DNA from: an uncultured Anaerolineaceae bacterium
GTDB lineage: Bacteria > Chloroflexota > Anaerolineae > 4572-78
Length of the DNA stretch: 64,000 nucleotides
Direction: 5' to 3'
Assembly: GCA_964570315.1 (NCBI GenBank)
Contig: CAZMXX010000001.1
Span: 3,649-67,648, forward strand
Shown: positions 18,040-27,046 of the stretch, in pieces
How the letters are laid out: every line of letters begins with the position of its first letter
Position numbering within the stretch: position 1 is the first letter of the stretch
The notes under the pieces: generated by a model
Databases searched by the model: none
Told to the model about the DNA's origin: nothing
What the model saw: only the letters and a program-made list of their open reading frames with translations
Made by a program: the position numbers and the translations under genes

Positions 18040-18650
18040 TGGGTACAGCCACATACAAAAAACGGAAAAAAAGCTCTAAAAGCCGACGCCGGCAGAAAAA
18101 CAACAGCTCATTCTGGCTGATTGCCGTGGGCGCGTTGATATTGGTTTTGGGCGGCATCATCATCATTCTGAGTGGACAAAGCGGCGGGGGCGGCAATACC
18201 GACCCGATGTCGGCAAAAAATTTACTGCCGCTCACCGACCCGGTCAACCCGATTGAGGGCTGGCATGACATGGAAAATCCGGTTAACCCCAACCAACCCA
18301 AAGATTCCCTGCCCGCCGGCACCCCACAACCCAACATCGATATTCCCATCACCTATTTTGATTTCGGCACAATTCCCGCCGCGCCCGACAACGCCGTTCA
18401 AACCTTCCCCATTCAAAACACCGGCGATGAACCGCTCATCATCAAGCGGATTGTGACTTCATGTGCCTGCACCACCGCCGAACTCACCAGCAGCGTGATT
18501 GAACCGGGCAAACGTGCCGACCTGACCGTCATCTTCGACCCCGATTTTCACGATACACAGGGTCCCGTAAAACGAATTGTGTGGATGGAAACCAACGACC
18601 CGGATATGCCCGTGGCTGAAGTCTCCATCACCGCCAACGTGCAAAAATAG
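18039..18650 (+). CDS. DUF1573-family protein with an N-terminal TM anchor
   Basis: TAATG overlap with the previous gene. Basic N-terminus, TM, FDFGTI...FPIQNTGDEPLII...SCACT...TNDP. Confidence 0.75.
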   Translation: MGTATYKKRKKSSKSRRRQKNNSSFWLIAVGALILVLGGIIIILSGQSGGGGNTDPMSAKNLLPLTDPVNPIEGWHDMENPVNPNQPKDSLPAGTPQPNIDIPITYFDFGTIPAAPDNAVQTFPIQNTGDEPLIIKRIVTSCACTTAELTSSVIEPGKRADLTVIFDPDFHDTQGPVKRIVWMETNDPDMPVAEVSITANVQK

Positions 18651-18687
18651 CTGAATTGCACGCTCATACATTGTAAGCATCGAATAG

Positions 18688-18706
18688 CCCGCTCTCGCGG
18701 GTTTTT
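18688..18706 (+). terminator. Weak terminator-like hairpin plus T-tract
   Basis: cccgc-tctc-gcggg followed by ttttt. Confidence 0.4.
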
Positions 18707-18801
18707 CGATTGTAGCAACACCAGGCAACCACGAAGGTTGCCCCAACCAACATATCAGCAAGTAAATGTGCGCTCTTGAGTATACAAAGGACAAATTTCT
18801 T

Positions 18802-19437
18802 ATGGACACTCATAGATATGTCTTGCACGTGGCGGTGTTGGGTGGCTCACGATTGTGGCGGCTGGGATTGCAGGCGCTGCTCACCAACCAACCGGGGATA
18901 AAAACCGTCAGTCACACCACAACCGTTGATGGCATCGCCGGGAACCCGGACGTTTTTTTGATTGACGGTTCGGTGGCAGATGCCCTGCTGGTTGGCGTTG
19001 GCGTCGCCTTCCCCGGCACGCCGACCATCATCATCACCCAAGCCCAAGACCTTCCGCGCCTTTCCCGGTGGCTTGAGCAAGGGGCATTGGGCATTGTTGA
19101 CCAGGACACCTCGCTGGCTGATTTGCTCAGCGCCTTGCGGCAAGTAACCACCGGCGAATTGAGCCTCCCTCCCCAATTGGCGGTACGGTTGGTGCAGACA
19201 ATGGCAAGCCGCGCCCCCACGGAAACACCCCTCACCGAACCCCTTTCCACCCGCGAGAAAGATGTCCTCACCCTTTTGGCACAGGGGCTGAGCAACAAAG
19301 CCATTGCGCAACAAATATACGTCAGCGTGCGCACGGTGGAGGGGCATCTGGCAAATATTTACGGCAAGCTGGGCGTTCATTCCCGCACGGAAGCCGCGCT
19401 GATTGCCGTTCGCAATGGTTGGGTATCCGCAAAATAA
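18802..19437 (+). CDS. LuxR-family regulator with an atypical receiver-like N-terminal domain (no adjacent kinase)
   Basis: C-terminal LuxR HTH (LSTREKDVLTLLAQGLSNKAIAQQIYVSVRTVEGHLANIYGKL). The N-terminal domain lacks the DD acidic pocket (VAVLGGSRL). The ATG at 18802 has an AAAGGA RBS. Confidence 0.75.
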   Translation: MDTHRYVLHVAVLGGSRLWRLGLQALLTNQPGIKTVSHTTTVDGIAGNPDVFLIDGSVADALLVGVGVAFPGTPTIIITQAQDLPRLSRWLEQGALGIVDQDTSLADLLSALRQVTTGELSLPPQLAVRLVQTMASRAPTETPLTEPLSTREKDVLTLLAQGLSNKAIAQQIYVSVRTVEGHLANIYGKLGVHSRTEAALIAVRNGWVSAK

Positions 19438-19535
19438 ACACGTAAAACTACCTATACCCACCCGGTAATTCACCCCTATTACCCTACTCTGATTTATGAT
19501 ATGCTTCATTTAGCTTGAGGCTGATTGGAAATGTT

Positions 19536-20144
19536 ATGGCGCTTAAAACTCGTTTAGCTCTTTTAAGTACATTAGCGGAAACTCACACGGAAGCGATTCA
19601 ATATAACCTGAAAGCACTGGCAAAAGTGATTGAATACCTGAATCCGGATATGCTGTGCGTCGAATTGCCACGCCGGCACTGGGAACTCCATGACTTGTCG
19701 CACGCTTCCATTGAAGTGCGCGAAAGTTTGCTCCCCATCGCCGATTTAACGGACGTGGTGGTACTGCCCATGATGTCGCAGGACACCCGTCAATTTTCCG
19801 ATTTTATGCCCAAAAGCGGCTGGCGTGGCTGGTGTGCCGACTCATTGAGCCGCGCTTTGGTGCGGGCACAACGCGCCGCCAACGACATTGACACCATCCA
19901 CGCTAAAACGTACCAAAATATGTGTCACACCCTCTGTCTCACCAGCGAAATGTTCTGGACGGCAGAAGCTCGCCGCGAATGGCACGAGCAGAATCACGCC
20001 ATGCTGGAAAATATTCTGCTCGCCATCCGCCAAGACCCGGGGCGACGGGTGCTGGTGGCGCTGCAATGTCAGCGCGTCCATTGGCTGGAACCGAAACTCA
20101 AAAAAATTCCGGATATTGACTTGGTAGACTTTCGAGATTTGTAA
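19536..20144 (+). CDS. Hypothetical protein
   Basis: About 200-aa ORF with no recognisable motif. First ATG in an ORF that the track starts at a TTG (19515). Confidence 0.55.
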   Translation: MALKTRLALLSTLAETHTEAIQYNLKALAKVIEYLNPDMLCVELPRRHWELHDLSHASIEVRESLLPIADLTDVVVLPMMSQDTRQFSDFMPKSGWRGWCADSLSRALVRAQRAANDIDTIHAKTYQNMCHTLCLTSEMFWTAEARREWHEQNHAMLENILLAIRQDPGRRVLVALQCQRVHWLEPKLKKIPDIDLVDFRDL

Positions 20145-20167
20145 TTCATATATCGAGGCGCAAACCG

Positions 20168-22096
20168 ATGATCCACGCCACACAACTAACCAAATCGTAC
20201 AAAAAAACACCCGCCGTCCGAGGCATTGATTTGGCGGTGAAACAGGGAGAAATCTTCGGGCTGGTGGGTCCCGACGGCGCGGGCAAAACAACCACCATCC
20301 AACTTCTCACCGGCATTCTCACCCCCACCTCCGGCACGGCGACGGTCGCCGGTATTGATGTCATCAATGAGCCGGATCGTCTCGGCGGGAAAATCGGCTA
20401 TATGTCCGAGGGGTTCACACTGTACGGCGCGTTGAGCGTGGAGGAAAATCTGGACTTTTTCGCCGATTTGTACGGCGTCCCTTTCTCCGTCCGCAAAAAA
20501 CGAAAAGCGGAACTGCTGGCATTCGCCCGGTTGGAAGAAGCCCGCCACCGCCGCGCAGAACACCTCTCCGGCGGGATGAAAAAGAAGCTGGCGCTGGCAT
20601 GCACGCTGATGTATTCGCCGCAGATTTTGTTTCTGGATGAACCGACCACCGGGGTTGACCCCGTTTCCCGCCGCGATTTCTGGAAAATCCTGTTTGAATG
20701 GATGCAATCCAATGAGGGGTTGACGATTTTTGTTTCCACCCCGTATCTGGACGAAGCGGAACGGTTTGACCGCGTGGCGTTGATGCATAAAGGCAAGTTC
20801 ATCGCAGTGGATACCCCTGCCGCGCTGAAAAAGCAACTGACCGGCACGATGATTGACCTGAAAGCCGAACCGCAATTCACCGCGCTGGCGCATCTGAAAG
20901 AGACGCCCGGCGTGTCGCACGTGCAGGTTTTTGGCGAGCGGCTGCGGTTGCTGCTGGCGGAAAACAGCACCCTCAATTTGGAAGAGACGCTGAAAAACGC
21001 GGGCGCACGGGTCATTGATGCCCGCCCCACTTCCCCCACGCTGGAAGACGTGTTCGTCAGTTCCATCGAAGCGGCAACCCCCGGCGACGCCATCCACACC
21101 AATAAACAGCCGCCGCTGGGAGCCGTGGAACCCATTACGGACAAATATGCCGTGACGGTAGAAAATCTGACCAAAAAATTCGGAAATTTCACCGCCGTGA
21201 ACGGCATCAGTTTCACGGTGCGACCGGGGGAAATTTTCGGGTTTTTGGGACCGAACGGTTCCGGAAAAACCACCACCATTCGTATGCTGACGGGGCTGCT
21301 GCCCGCCACCGCCGGGTCGGGGACGGTTGCCGGGTTCGATATTCTGCGCCAGCAGAAACGCATCAAGCCGCACATCGGCTATATGAGCCAGAAATTTTCG
21401 CTGTATAACGATTTGACGGTGGTGGAAAACATTGATTTTTACGCGGGAGTGTACAATGTGCCGCGCAAAATTCGGGGGGAGCGAAAAGCGTGGGTGCTGG
21501 AAATGGCGGGGCTGCGCGGGAAAGAACGCACGCTCACCGGCTCGCTGTCCGGCGGGTGGAAACAACGGCTGGCGCTGGGATGCGCCATTCTGCACCAACC
21601 GCAAATTTTGTTTCTGGATGAGCCGACCTCGGGCGTAGACCCGATTTCCCGCCGCGCTTTCTGGGATTTGATTTTCGAGCTTTCGGCGCAGGGGGTGACC
21701 ATTTTCATCACCACCCATTACATGGATGAGGCGGAACATTGCCATACGCTGGGGTTGCTGTATTACGGCGACATCATCGCTATGGGCGCGCCCACCGAGG
21801 TGAAACGGAACATGAAAGCCGGTGAAATGGTTGAAATTGATGTGGCGCATCCGCTCCGCGCCGCCGGTATTGTGGAAGCGCTGCCCGCCGTTCACAGCGC
21901 CGCGCCATACGGCGACAAATTGCACGTGATGGTGTGGGGGCACGCCGCCGAGTACATCGAAACGCTGGAAAAAACATTGCGCGCCGCCGAGTTGCCCCCC
22001 CGTCGCATCAATACCATTGACTTTTCGCTGGAAGATTTGTTTGTGATATTCATTGAGATGAAAGAAGCCGGTCGCCGTGCCCGTATGGAGGATTGA
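20168..22096 (+). CDS. ABC transporter ATP-binding protein with two fused NBDs (YbhF-like)
   Basis: Two full sets of motifs: Walker A GPDGAGKTT/GPNGSGKTT, signature LSGGMKKK/LSGGWKQR, Walker B ILFLDEPT (twice). Confidence 0.93.
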   Translation: MIHATQLTKSYKKTPAVRGIDLAVKQGEIFGLVGPDGAGKTTTIQLLTGILTPTSGTATVAGIDVINEPDRLGGKIGYMSEGFTLYGALSVEENLDFFADLYGVPFSVRKKRKAELLAFARLEEARHRRAEHLSGGMKKKLALACTLMYSPQILFLDEPTTGVDPVSRRDFWKILFEWMQSNEGLTIFVSTPYLDEAERFDRVALMHKGKFIAVDTPAALKKQLTGTMIDLKAEPQFTALAHLKETPGVSHVQVFGERLRLLLAENSTLNLEETLKNAGARVIDARPTSPTLEDVFVSSIEAATPGDAIHTNKQPPLGAVEPITDKYAVTVENLTKKFGNFTAVNGISFTVRPGEIFGFLGPNGSGKTTTIRMLTGLLPATAGSGTVAGFDILRQQKRIKPHIGYMSQKFSLYNDLTVVENIDFYAGVYNVPRKIRGERKAWVLEMAGLRGKERTLTGSLSGGWKQRLALGCAILHQPQILFLDEPTSGVDPISRRAFWDLIFELSAQGVTIFITTHYMDEAEHCHTLGLLYYGDIIAMGAPTEVKRNMKAGEMVEIDVAHPLRAAGIVEALPAVHSAAPYGDKLHVMVWGHAAEYIETLEKTLRAAELPPRRINTIDFSLEDLFVIFIEMKEAGRRARMED

Positions 22097-22097
22097 C

Positions 22098-23219
22098 ATG
22101 AATCGACGTTTTATCGCTGTGCTGATAAAAGAAACCCGCGAAATCTGGCGCGACCCGTACACGCTTGGGATGGCAATCGGGTTGCCGTTTGTGATGCTGC
22201 TGCTCTTCGCCTACTCCACCAATCTGGACGTGAAAAATATGTCGCTGGCAGTGTTCGATCAAGATAAATCCGCGCTCAGCCGGTTGTACATCACCCAATT
22301 CACCACCGATGACACCTTCTATTTGAAAGGGTATGCGAGCAGCTACGATGAATTGAACCAATGGATGGAAAACGACACCGTGGACACGGCGCTGGTCATC
22401 CCCCCGAACTTTGGGCAGACACTCGCCGCGCGTCGCCCGGAAACGGTGCAAATCTGGGTGGACGGCTCATTCCCGCCCACGGCAAATGTCGCCATCAATT
22501 ATATGCAAGCGTTCAATGCGCGGTTCAATTACGCCCAACTCGCCGCCATTGTCGGTGAGCAGAATTTGAAGCCCGCCATTGACGTGCAACCCAGCGTATG
22601 GTTCAACCCCGGTCTGAAAAGCATCAATTATGTTGTGCCGGGATTGTACGCCGTGATTTTGCTGGCGTTTCCGCCCCTGCTGTCGGCGTTGTCCATTGTG
22701 AAGGAAAAGGAACAGGGGAGCATCCAGCAGGTTTTTGTCTCACCCATCCGTTCCGCCGAACTGATTTTGGGGAAACTCATTCCTTACGGGGTCATAGCCT
22801 TCATCGAAATGCTGGTGATTCTGGCGATGGGGATATGGGGGTTTCGCGTGCCGTTTGAAGGTAGCATCTGGTTGCTATTGTTCGCCGCGCTGATATACGT
22901 CTTCGGCGCGGTGGGCATCGGGTTGCTGGTCAGCACCGTCACCGAGACACAGGTAGCGGCGATGCTGGCGGCAATTGTGCTGACCATGATGCCCGCGCTC
23001 ATCTTTTCAGGGTTCATTTACCCCATCTTCAACATGCCGGAAATTATGCAATGGTACACCTATCTGTTCCCCGCGCGTCATTTTGTGGACATCTCTCGCA
23101 GCATCGTTCTGAAGGGTGCGGATTTGCGCACCCTCTGGTTCCAAATGGGCTTGATGATTGCCTATGTCGCCGCGATTTTCGCCATTGCTGCGCTCCGTTT
23201 CAAGAAAAAAGTCGGATAA
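22098..23219 (+). CDS. ABC-2 type transporter permease (YbhS/YbhR-like)
   Basis: Starts 1 nt after the ATPase stop. N-terminal TM, large extracytoplasmic loop, 5 C-terminal TM segments. Confidence 0.85.
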   Translation: MNRRFIAVLIKETREIWRDPYTLGMAIGLPFVMLLLFAYSTNLDVKNMSLAVFDQDKSALSRLYITQFTTDDTFYLKGYASSYDELNQWMENDTVDTALVIPPNFGQTLAARRPETVQIWVDGSFPPTANVAINYMQAFNARFNYAQLAAIVGEQNLKPAIDVQPSVWFNPGLKSINYVVPGLYAVILLAFPPLLSALSIVKEKEQGSIQQVFVSPIRSAELILGKLIPYGVIAFIEMLVILAMGIWGFRVPFEGSIWLLLFAALIYVFGAVGIGLLVSTVTETQVAAMLAAIVLTMMPALIFSGFIYPIFNMPEIMQWYTYLFPARHFVDISRSIVLKGADLRTLWFQMGLMIAYVAAIFAIAALRFKKKVG

Positions 23220-23235
23220 CCGGAAAGGAAGCCCT

Positions 23236-24363
23236 ATGATTAGCCGAATGTCATCCCTGATGCGGAAAGAATTCCTTCAGTTTTTTCGGGATAAAATGCT
23301 GGTGATGTTGATTCTATATACGTTTGCCGAACCCGTTTTGTGCGGCGTATCACTGTTCATCGCGGTCAATAATATGCCGCTCGCCATCATTGACGGCGAC
23401 CGCACCGTCGCCAGCCGGGAACTGGTGGGCACTTTGGCACGCTCGGAGCATTTTGAGGTGTACGACTCGGTTGGCTCGGTGGCAGAGGCGCGCCCGTTGC
23501 TGCAACGCGGCGACGTGCAAATTGCGCTCGTCATCCCCGCCGGATACGAAGCCGCGCTCGATGGGGGGAAATCATCGCCCGTGCAGCTCATTGTGGATGG
23601 TTCCACCGGCAACACCGCCCAGCAAGCCATCGGTTACGCCCAACTGCACATCGCCAAACTTTCCCGCAATATTGAGCTGGCGCGCTTCGGCATGACCGCC
23701 GCCGATGTTGTCAACCTGCCGGTGGTTGAAAGTCGGCTGAACGTGCTGTATGACCCCGATCTACGGTTCACCAATTTTGTGATGCTGGCAATGGTTGCCT
23801 TTGCCGCGCCGGTGTTGGGCATTCTGCTCGGCGCGGTGACAATTGTCCGTGAAAAAGAAAAGGGGACGCTGGAACAGTTGATGGTGACGCCCATCAACGC
23901 CGCCGAATTAATCACCGCCAAACTCCTCCCAATGGCGGTGGTGAAGATGGGGGGGCTGGCAATCGGCATCGCCATCGCCGTCTGGGGGTTCGGCGTGCCG
24001 GTGCGCGGCAGTTTGCTACTGTATTTTGCCGTTTCCACCCTCATCTTCATTGTGGGTATGGGCATCGGGGTCGCCATCGGAACCATTGCCAACACCATGC
24101 AACAATCGCTCCTGCTGGCGTTTTTCGTCATCTTCCCCATGAGCTTTTTATCGGGGATGTTATCGCCGGTGGAAAACATGCCGCTGGTACTGCAATGGCT
24201 CTCCCTGCTCAGTCCGTTTCGCTATTATCTCACCATCACCATGGATATTTTCCTGAAGGGGGTCGGGATGTCGGTTATTTACCCGCAGGTACTGAGTTTA
24301 GCCGTGTTGGGCGTGGCCATTCTCGGTTTGAGCTTGGCTCGTTTCCAAAAAAGTTTAGCCTAA
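23236..24363 (+). CDS. ABC-2 type transporter permease (second paralog)
   Basis: Same architecture as the preceding gene, with RKEFLQFFRDKM at the N-terminus. The upstream part of ORF 23158 overlaps the previous gene. Confidence 0.85.
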   Translation: MISRMSSLMRKEFLQFFRDKMLVMLILYTFAEPVLCGVSLFIAVNNMPLAIIDGDRTVASRELVGTLARSEHFEVYDSVGSVAEARPLLQRGDVQIALVIPAGYEAALDGGKSSPVQLIVDGSTGNTAQQAIGYAQLHIAKLSRNIELARFGMTAADVVNLPVVESRLNVLYDPDLRFTNFVMLAMVAFAAPVLGILLGAVTIVREKEKGTLEQLMVTPINAAELITAKLLPMAVVKMGGLAIGIAIAVWGFGVPVRGSLLLYFAVSTLIFIVGMGIGVAIGTIANTMQQSLLLAFFVIFPMSFLSGMLSPVENMPLVLQWLSLLSPFRYYLTITMDIFLKGVGMSVIYPQVLSLAVLGVAILGLSLARFQKSLA

Positions 24364-24471
24364 AATATAGGCAATATTGCCCGTTTTCATCTGCGCTATC
24401 ATGCCCTGTCGGGACATTGCAACTTATTTTACAATGTATCGTGTGTATCTTTTTTAGAGGGGAGAAAGTCT

Positions 24472-25227
24472 ATGGTTCCGTTGCTGACCGCGAAAGAATT
24501 ACAAGCCATGTTGCAAGTAGACCGTTCAACCATCTATCGCATGGCAGAATCACAGAATATCCCCGCCATCAAAGTTGGCAAACAATGGCGCTTCCCGGCA
24601 GACCGGGTGGAACTTTGGCTGAAAACACAATCGTCCGGTACAACCGCCCCGCCGCCCGCGCCGACACAACACCCCCAACCGACAACCGTTTCCGCGCCGT
24701 TATTGCCGCCGGTGCAGTTGAAACTCATTCAGGATGGTTTCGCGCTGGCATTGGGCGCAATGGTGCAAATCACCGACATCAACGGGCATCCATTGGTTGA
24801 GCCGAGCAAACCGTTCGGCTTGTTTCTGGCGTTGCAGCCCTACCCTTCGGCAAAACAACGCTACGAAACGGAATGGCGGCGGCTGGCGCAATTGCCCGCA
24901 CTGAAGCCGCAATTCACCCGCACGGGGCTGGGTTTGCTGGCGACGCGCGGCATCGTGCGCGTCGGTTCGGCGTTGCAGGGCATGGTGGTGATTGATGGCA
25001 TCGCCCCGAACGATTGGACGCCGGACGTGGTTGCGCTCGCCGAATATTATGGCGTGCCCGCCGAAACACTCTCCCCCCATTTGGACGATGTGTACTTTAT
25101 GGATAGCGTAAAACAGACATTGGTGCTATCATTGGCGCAACATATCGCTGATATTGTGGCGCATTTGGCAACAGAACGCGCCACAATGGCGGGCAAACTC
25201 AATGCGATTGCTCAATTGGTGGGGTAA
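24472..25227 (+). CDS. Excisionase/MerR-superfamily HTH regulator with a C-terminal sensor domain (PocR-like, tentative)
   Basis: LLTAKELQAMLQVDRSTIYRMAESQNIPAIKVGKQWRFPADRVELWL is a typical excisionase-family HTH. A Pro-rich linker and an about 170-aa C-terminal domain follow. Confidence 0.75.
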   Translation: MVPLLTAKELQAMLQVDRSTIYRMAESQNIPAIKVGKQWRFPADRVELWLKTQSSGTTAPPPAPTQHPQPTTVSAPLLPPVQLKLIQDGFALALGAMVQITDINGHPLVEPSKPFGLFLALQPYPSAKQRYETEWRRLAQLPALKPQFTRTGLGLLATRGIVRVGSALQGMVVIDGIAPNDWTPDVVALAEYYGVPAETLSPHLDDVYFMDSVKQTLVLSLAQHIADIVAHLATERATMAGKLNAIAQLVG

Positions 25228-25280
25228 TATGGCGTTGCGGCGCACATCCCTCCCCCCCCCGCCATATGGCGTGTTTTGCT

Positions 25281-25302
25281 CCCGCCGAATGGCGGGTTTT
25301 TT
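25281..25302 (+). terminator. Rho-independent terminator
   Basis: cccgcc-gaat-ggcggg followed by tttttt. Confidence 0.7.
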
Positions 25303-25406
25303 ATTGCGCCAAGTGGCGCTATCAGCACGATAGTATTTCAGGTAAACTATTGGCAATTGGTTCTCGTACCAATCATCACAAGCCAAAAATGATATGGGAG
25401 CATTTG

Positions 25407-26021
25407 ATGAAACTTCGTTCAATTTCGTTAATCGTTGTCGTTTTTCTTCTCCTCGCCTCCAGCCTCAGCGCGTGCGGCGGCAGTGCCTCCGACCCGTTGA
25501 CGTTGGCGCCGAAAGATATTCTGCCCGATGAAGTGAAAACGGCATCAACCTCGGTGCAGGAAGCGTACCGCTTCGCCGCCGCCAACCCCGATGTGCTGGC
25601 ACAATATCCCTGCTACTGCGGCTGCGGCAACATGGGACACCAAAGCAACCGCGACTGTTTTATTAAAAACATCAATCCCGATGGCACAATTGAATTTGAT
25701 AATCACGCCAATGGCTGCACCCTCTGCGTGGACATCGCCCAAGATGTGATGCGTTTGATGCGTGAGGGGAAAGATGCCGTCACCATCCGGGATTATATTG
25801 ACACAACCTACAGCCCGTTTGGTCCCGGCACGGATACGCCCCCCGTTGGCAGTGTGAACAGCACCAGCAGCGTGAGCAGCACCGGCGCCGCCAACGACGG
25901 CAGCGCAATCGAAGCCTGCACCAAAGAAGTTCCCACCTGCGGCGAAGATACCGGCGGCTCCGCGCCCGCGCTCAACCTTGACGGCGCGCCGCAATCCGCC
26001 GCGCCCGCACCCGGAAAATAA
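25407..26021 (+). CDS. PCYCGC-motif lipoprotein
   Basis: Signal peptide plus lipobox (LSAC). YPCYCGCGNMGHQSNRDCF and a later GCTLC. Ser/Gly/Ala-rich tail. Confidence 0.8.
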   Translation: MKLRSISLIVVVFLLLASSLSACGGSASDPLTLAPKDILPDEVKTASTSVQEAYRFAAANPDVLAQYPCYCGCGNMGHQSNRDCFIKNINPDGTIEFDNHANGCTLCVDIAQDVMRLMREGKDAVTIRDYIDTTYSPFGPGTDTPPVGSVNSTSSVSSTGAANDGSAIEACTKEVPTCGEDTGGSAPALNLDGAPQSAAPAPGK

Positions 26022-26027
26022 TTGCCC

Positions 26028-26483
26028 ATGAAACGCCGACTGCTGTTTTTGCTTCCGTTTTTAGTGCTGGCGCTGGTCATCGCGCTGGTTCCCGTACCGG
26101 CGCTGGCAGAACCGACCACCCGTTACATCACCGTCACCGCCCGCCAATTCGCGTACGACCCGCCCGTGTTGCGCGTCAATCGCGGCGACCGCATCATCAT
26201 CACCCTGCAAGCGGCGGATGTGATGCACGGGTTCTATCTGGACGGGTACGGAATTGATGAACAGGTTGAACCGGGGCAAACCCGCCAAATCGAGTTCATC
26301 GCCGACCGTACCGGCAAATATCGCTATCGGTGTTCCGTCAGTTGCGGACCGCTGCATCCGTTTATGATTGGCGAATTGGTGGTTGAACCCAACCTCACTT
26401 TTGCCCGCGCTATCGGGCTGATGGGCGTGGCTGTCGCCGGAACATTCATGTATTTACGACGGAATTCCGTTGAAATAAATTAA
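26028..26483 (+). CDS. CuA-type cupredoxin domain protein with a C-terminal TM anchor
   Basis: Signal peptide, then VMHGFY-(34 residues from H to C)-CSVSCGPLHPFM. This is H-x34-C-x3-C-x3-H-x2-M, the classical CuA ligand spacing. C-terminal TM IGLMGVAVAGTFMYL. Confidence 0.8.
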   Translation: MKRRLLFLLPFLVLALVIALVPVPALAEPTTRYITVTARQFAYDPPVLRVNRGDRIIITLQAADVMHGFYLDGYGIDEQVEPGQTRQIEFIADRTGKYRYRCSVSCGPLHPFMIGELVVEPNLTFARAIGLMGVAVAGTFMYLRRNSVEIN

Positions 26484-26505
26484 TTTTTTTGAGAGAGGAT
26501 ATGTT

Positions 26506-26997
26506 ATGAGTAAAAAAGTTCGCCGCAAAAAGACTGTGGCTCGCAAAAAAAACCCGTCGTGGGTGTGGGCGGCAGTTGCCGGCGCCGTACTGATTGTCAT
26601 CGGCGGGCTGGCGCTACTGTTCACCTCAAACCAGTCCGATTACGTCCCGGAAGTGACCGGCGCACCCGCGCTGAAAGTTGACCGCGAGCAGATTGATGAA
26701 GGCGACGTGAAGTTGGGCGTCACCAAACGCACGGTTTTCCGGCTGAAAAACGTCGGGGATAAAACGCTGGAAATTTTGGATGAACCGCAAGTTCAGGTTG
26801 TGGAGGGGTGTTGACCGCCCCGCGCCGTCGTCGGTTCGATGACACTCAAACCCGGACAAGAAACTACTTTGACTATGAGCTACCTGATGCACGGAGTTGA
26901 AATGGGGGGGCAACATCAGTTTGATGTCCACGTGAAAACCAATGACCCTGCCCACCCGGAACAGTTATTGGTTGTCCGTTCAAACTGGGTAGAATAA
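26506..26997 (+). CDS. DUF1573-like protein interrupted by one in-frame TGA (codon 103): candidate selenoprotein or recent pseudogene
   Basis: GAGAGAGGA RBS. TM anchor, then FRLKNVGDKTLEI...VVEGC-TGA-PPRAVVGSMTLKPGQETTLTMSY...HVKTNDPAHPE...SNWVE-TAA. The frame stays open for 60 codons after the TGA and keeps family features (PG turn, TNDP) seen in the paralogs at 17617 and 18039. Confidence 0.55.
26827..26843 (+). promoter_or_regulatory. SECIS-like stem-loop 12 nt downstream of the in-frame TGA
   Basis: GUCGUCGGUUCGAUGAC forms a 6-7 bp stem (one G-U pair) with a GGUUC/GUU apical loop. Its size and distance from the UGA resemble the minimal bacterial SECIS upper stem-loop. Confidence 0.35.
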
Positions 26998-27046
26998 TTC
27001 CACTTCGCCCCCGCCGAAAACACTCGGTGGGGGCGCAAAGGTTTTC

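Noticed and set aside
20186-22162. 658-aa minus-strand ORF spanning the whole ABC ATPase gene
   Set aside because: It lies antisense to a gene with two complete Walker A/signature/Walker B sets. Its translation is Arg/Gly/Gln/His-rich low-complexity sequence with no motif. This is the typical open antisense frame of GC-rich coding DNA.
24409-24416. Extra inverted copy of the TGTCCCGA octamer (tcgggaca) upstream of the HTH regulator gene
   Set aside because: A single extra 8-mer hit on either strand in 64 kb is about what chance predicts. Only the four-copy cluster at 7373-7422 is significant.
25252-25260. Homopolymeric C9 tract downstream of the HTH regulator gene (possible phase-variation tract)
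   Set aside because: It lies in non-coding DNA between a stop codon and a terminator, not in a promoter spacer or a coding region. No functional consequence can be argued from the sequence alone.
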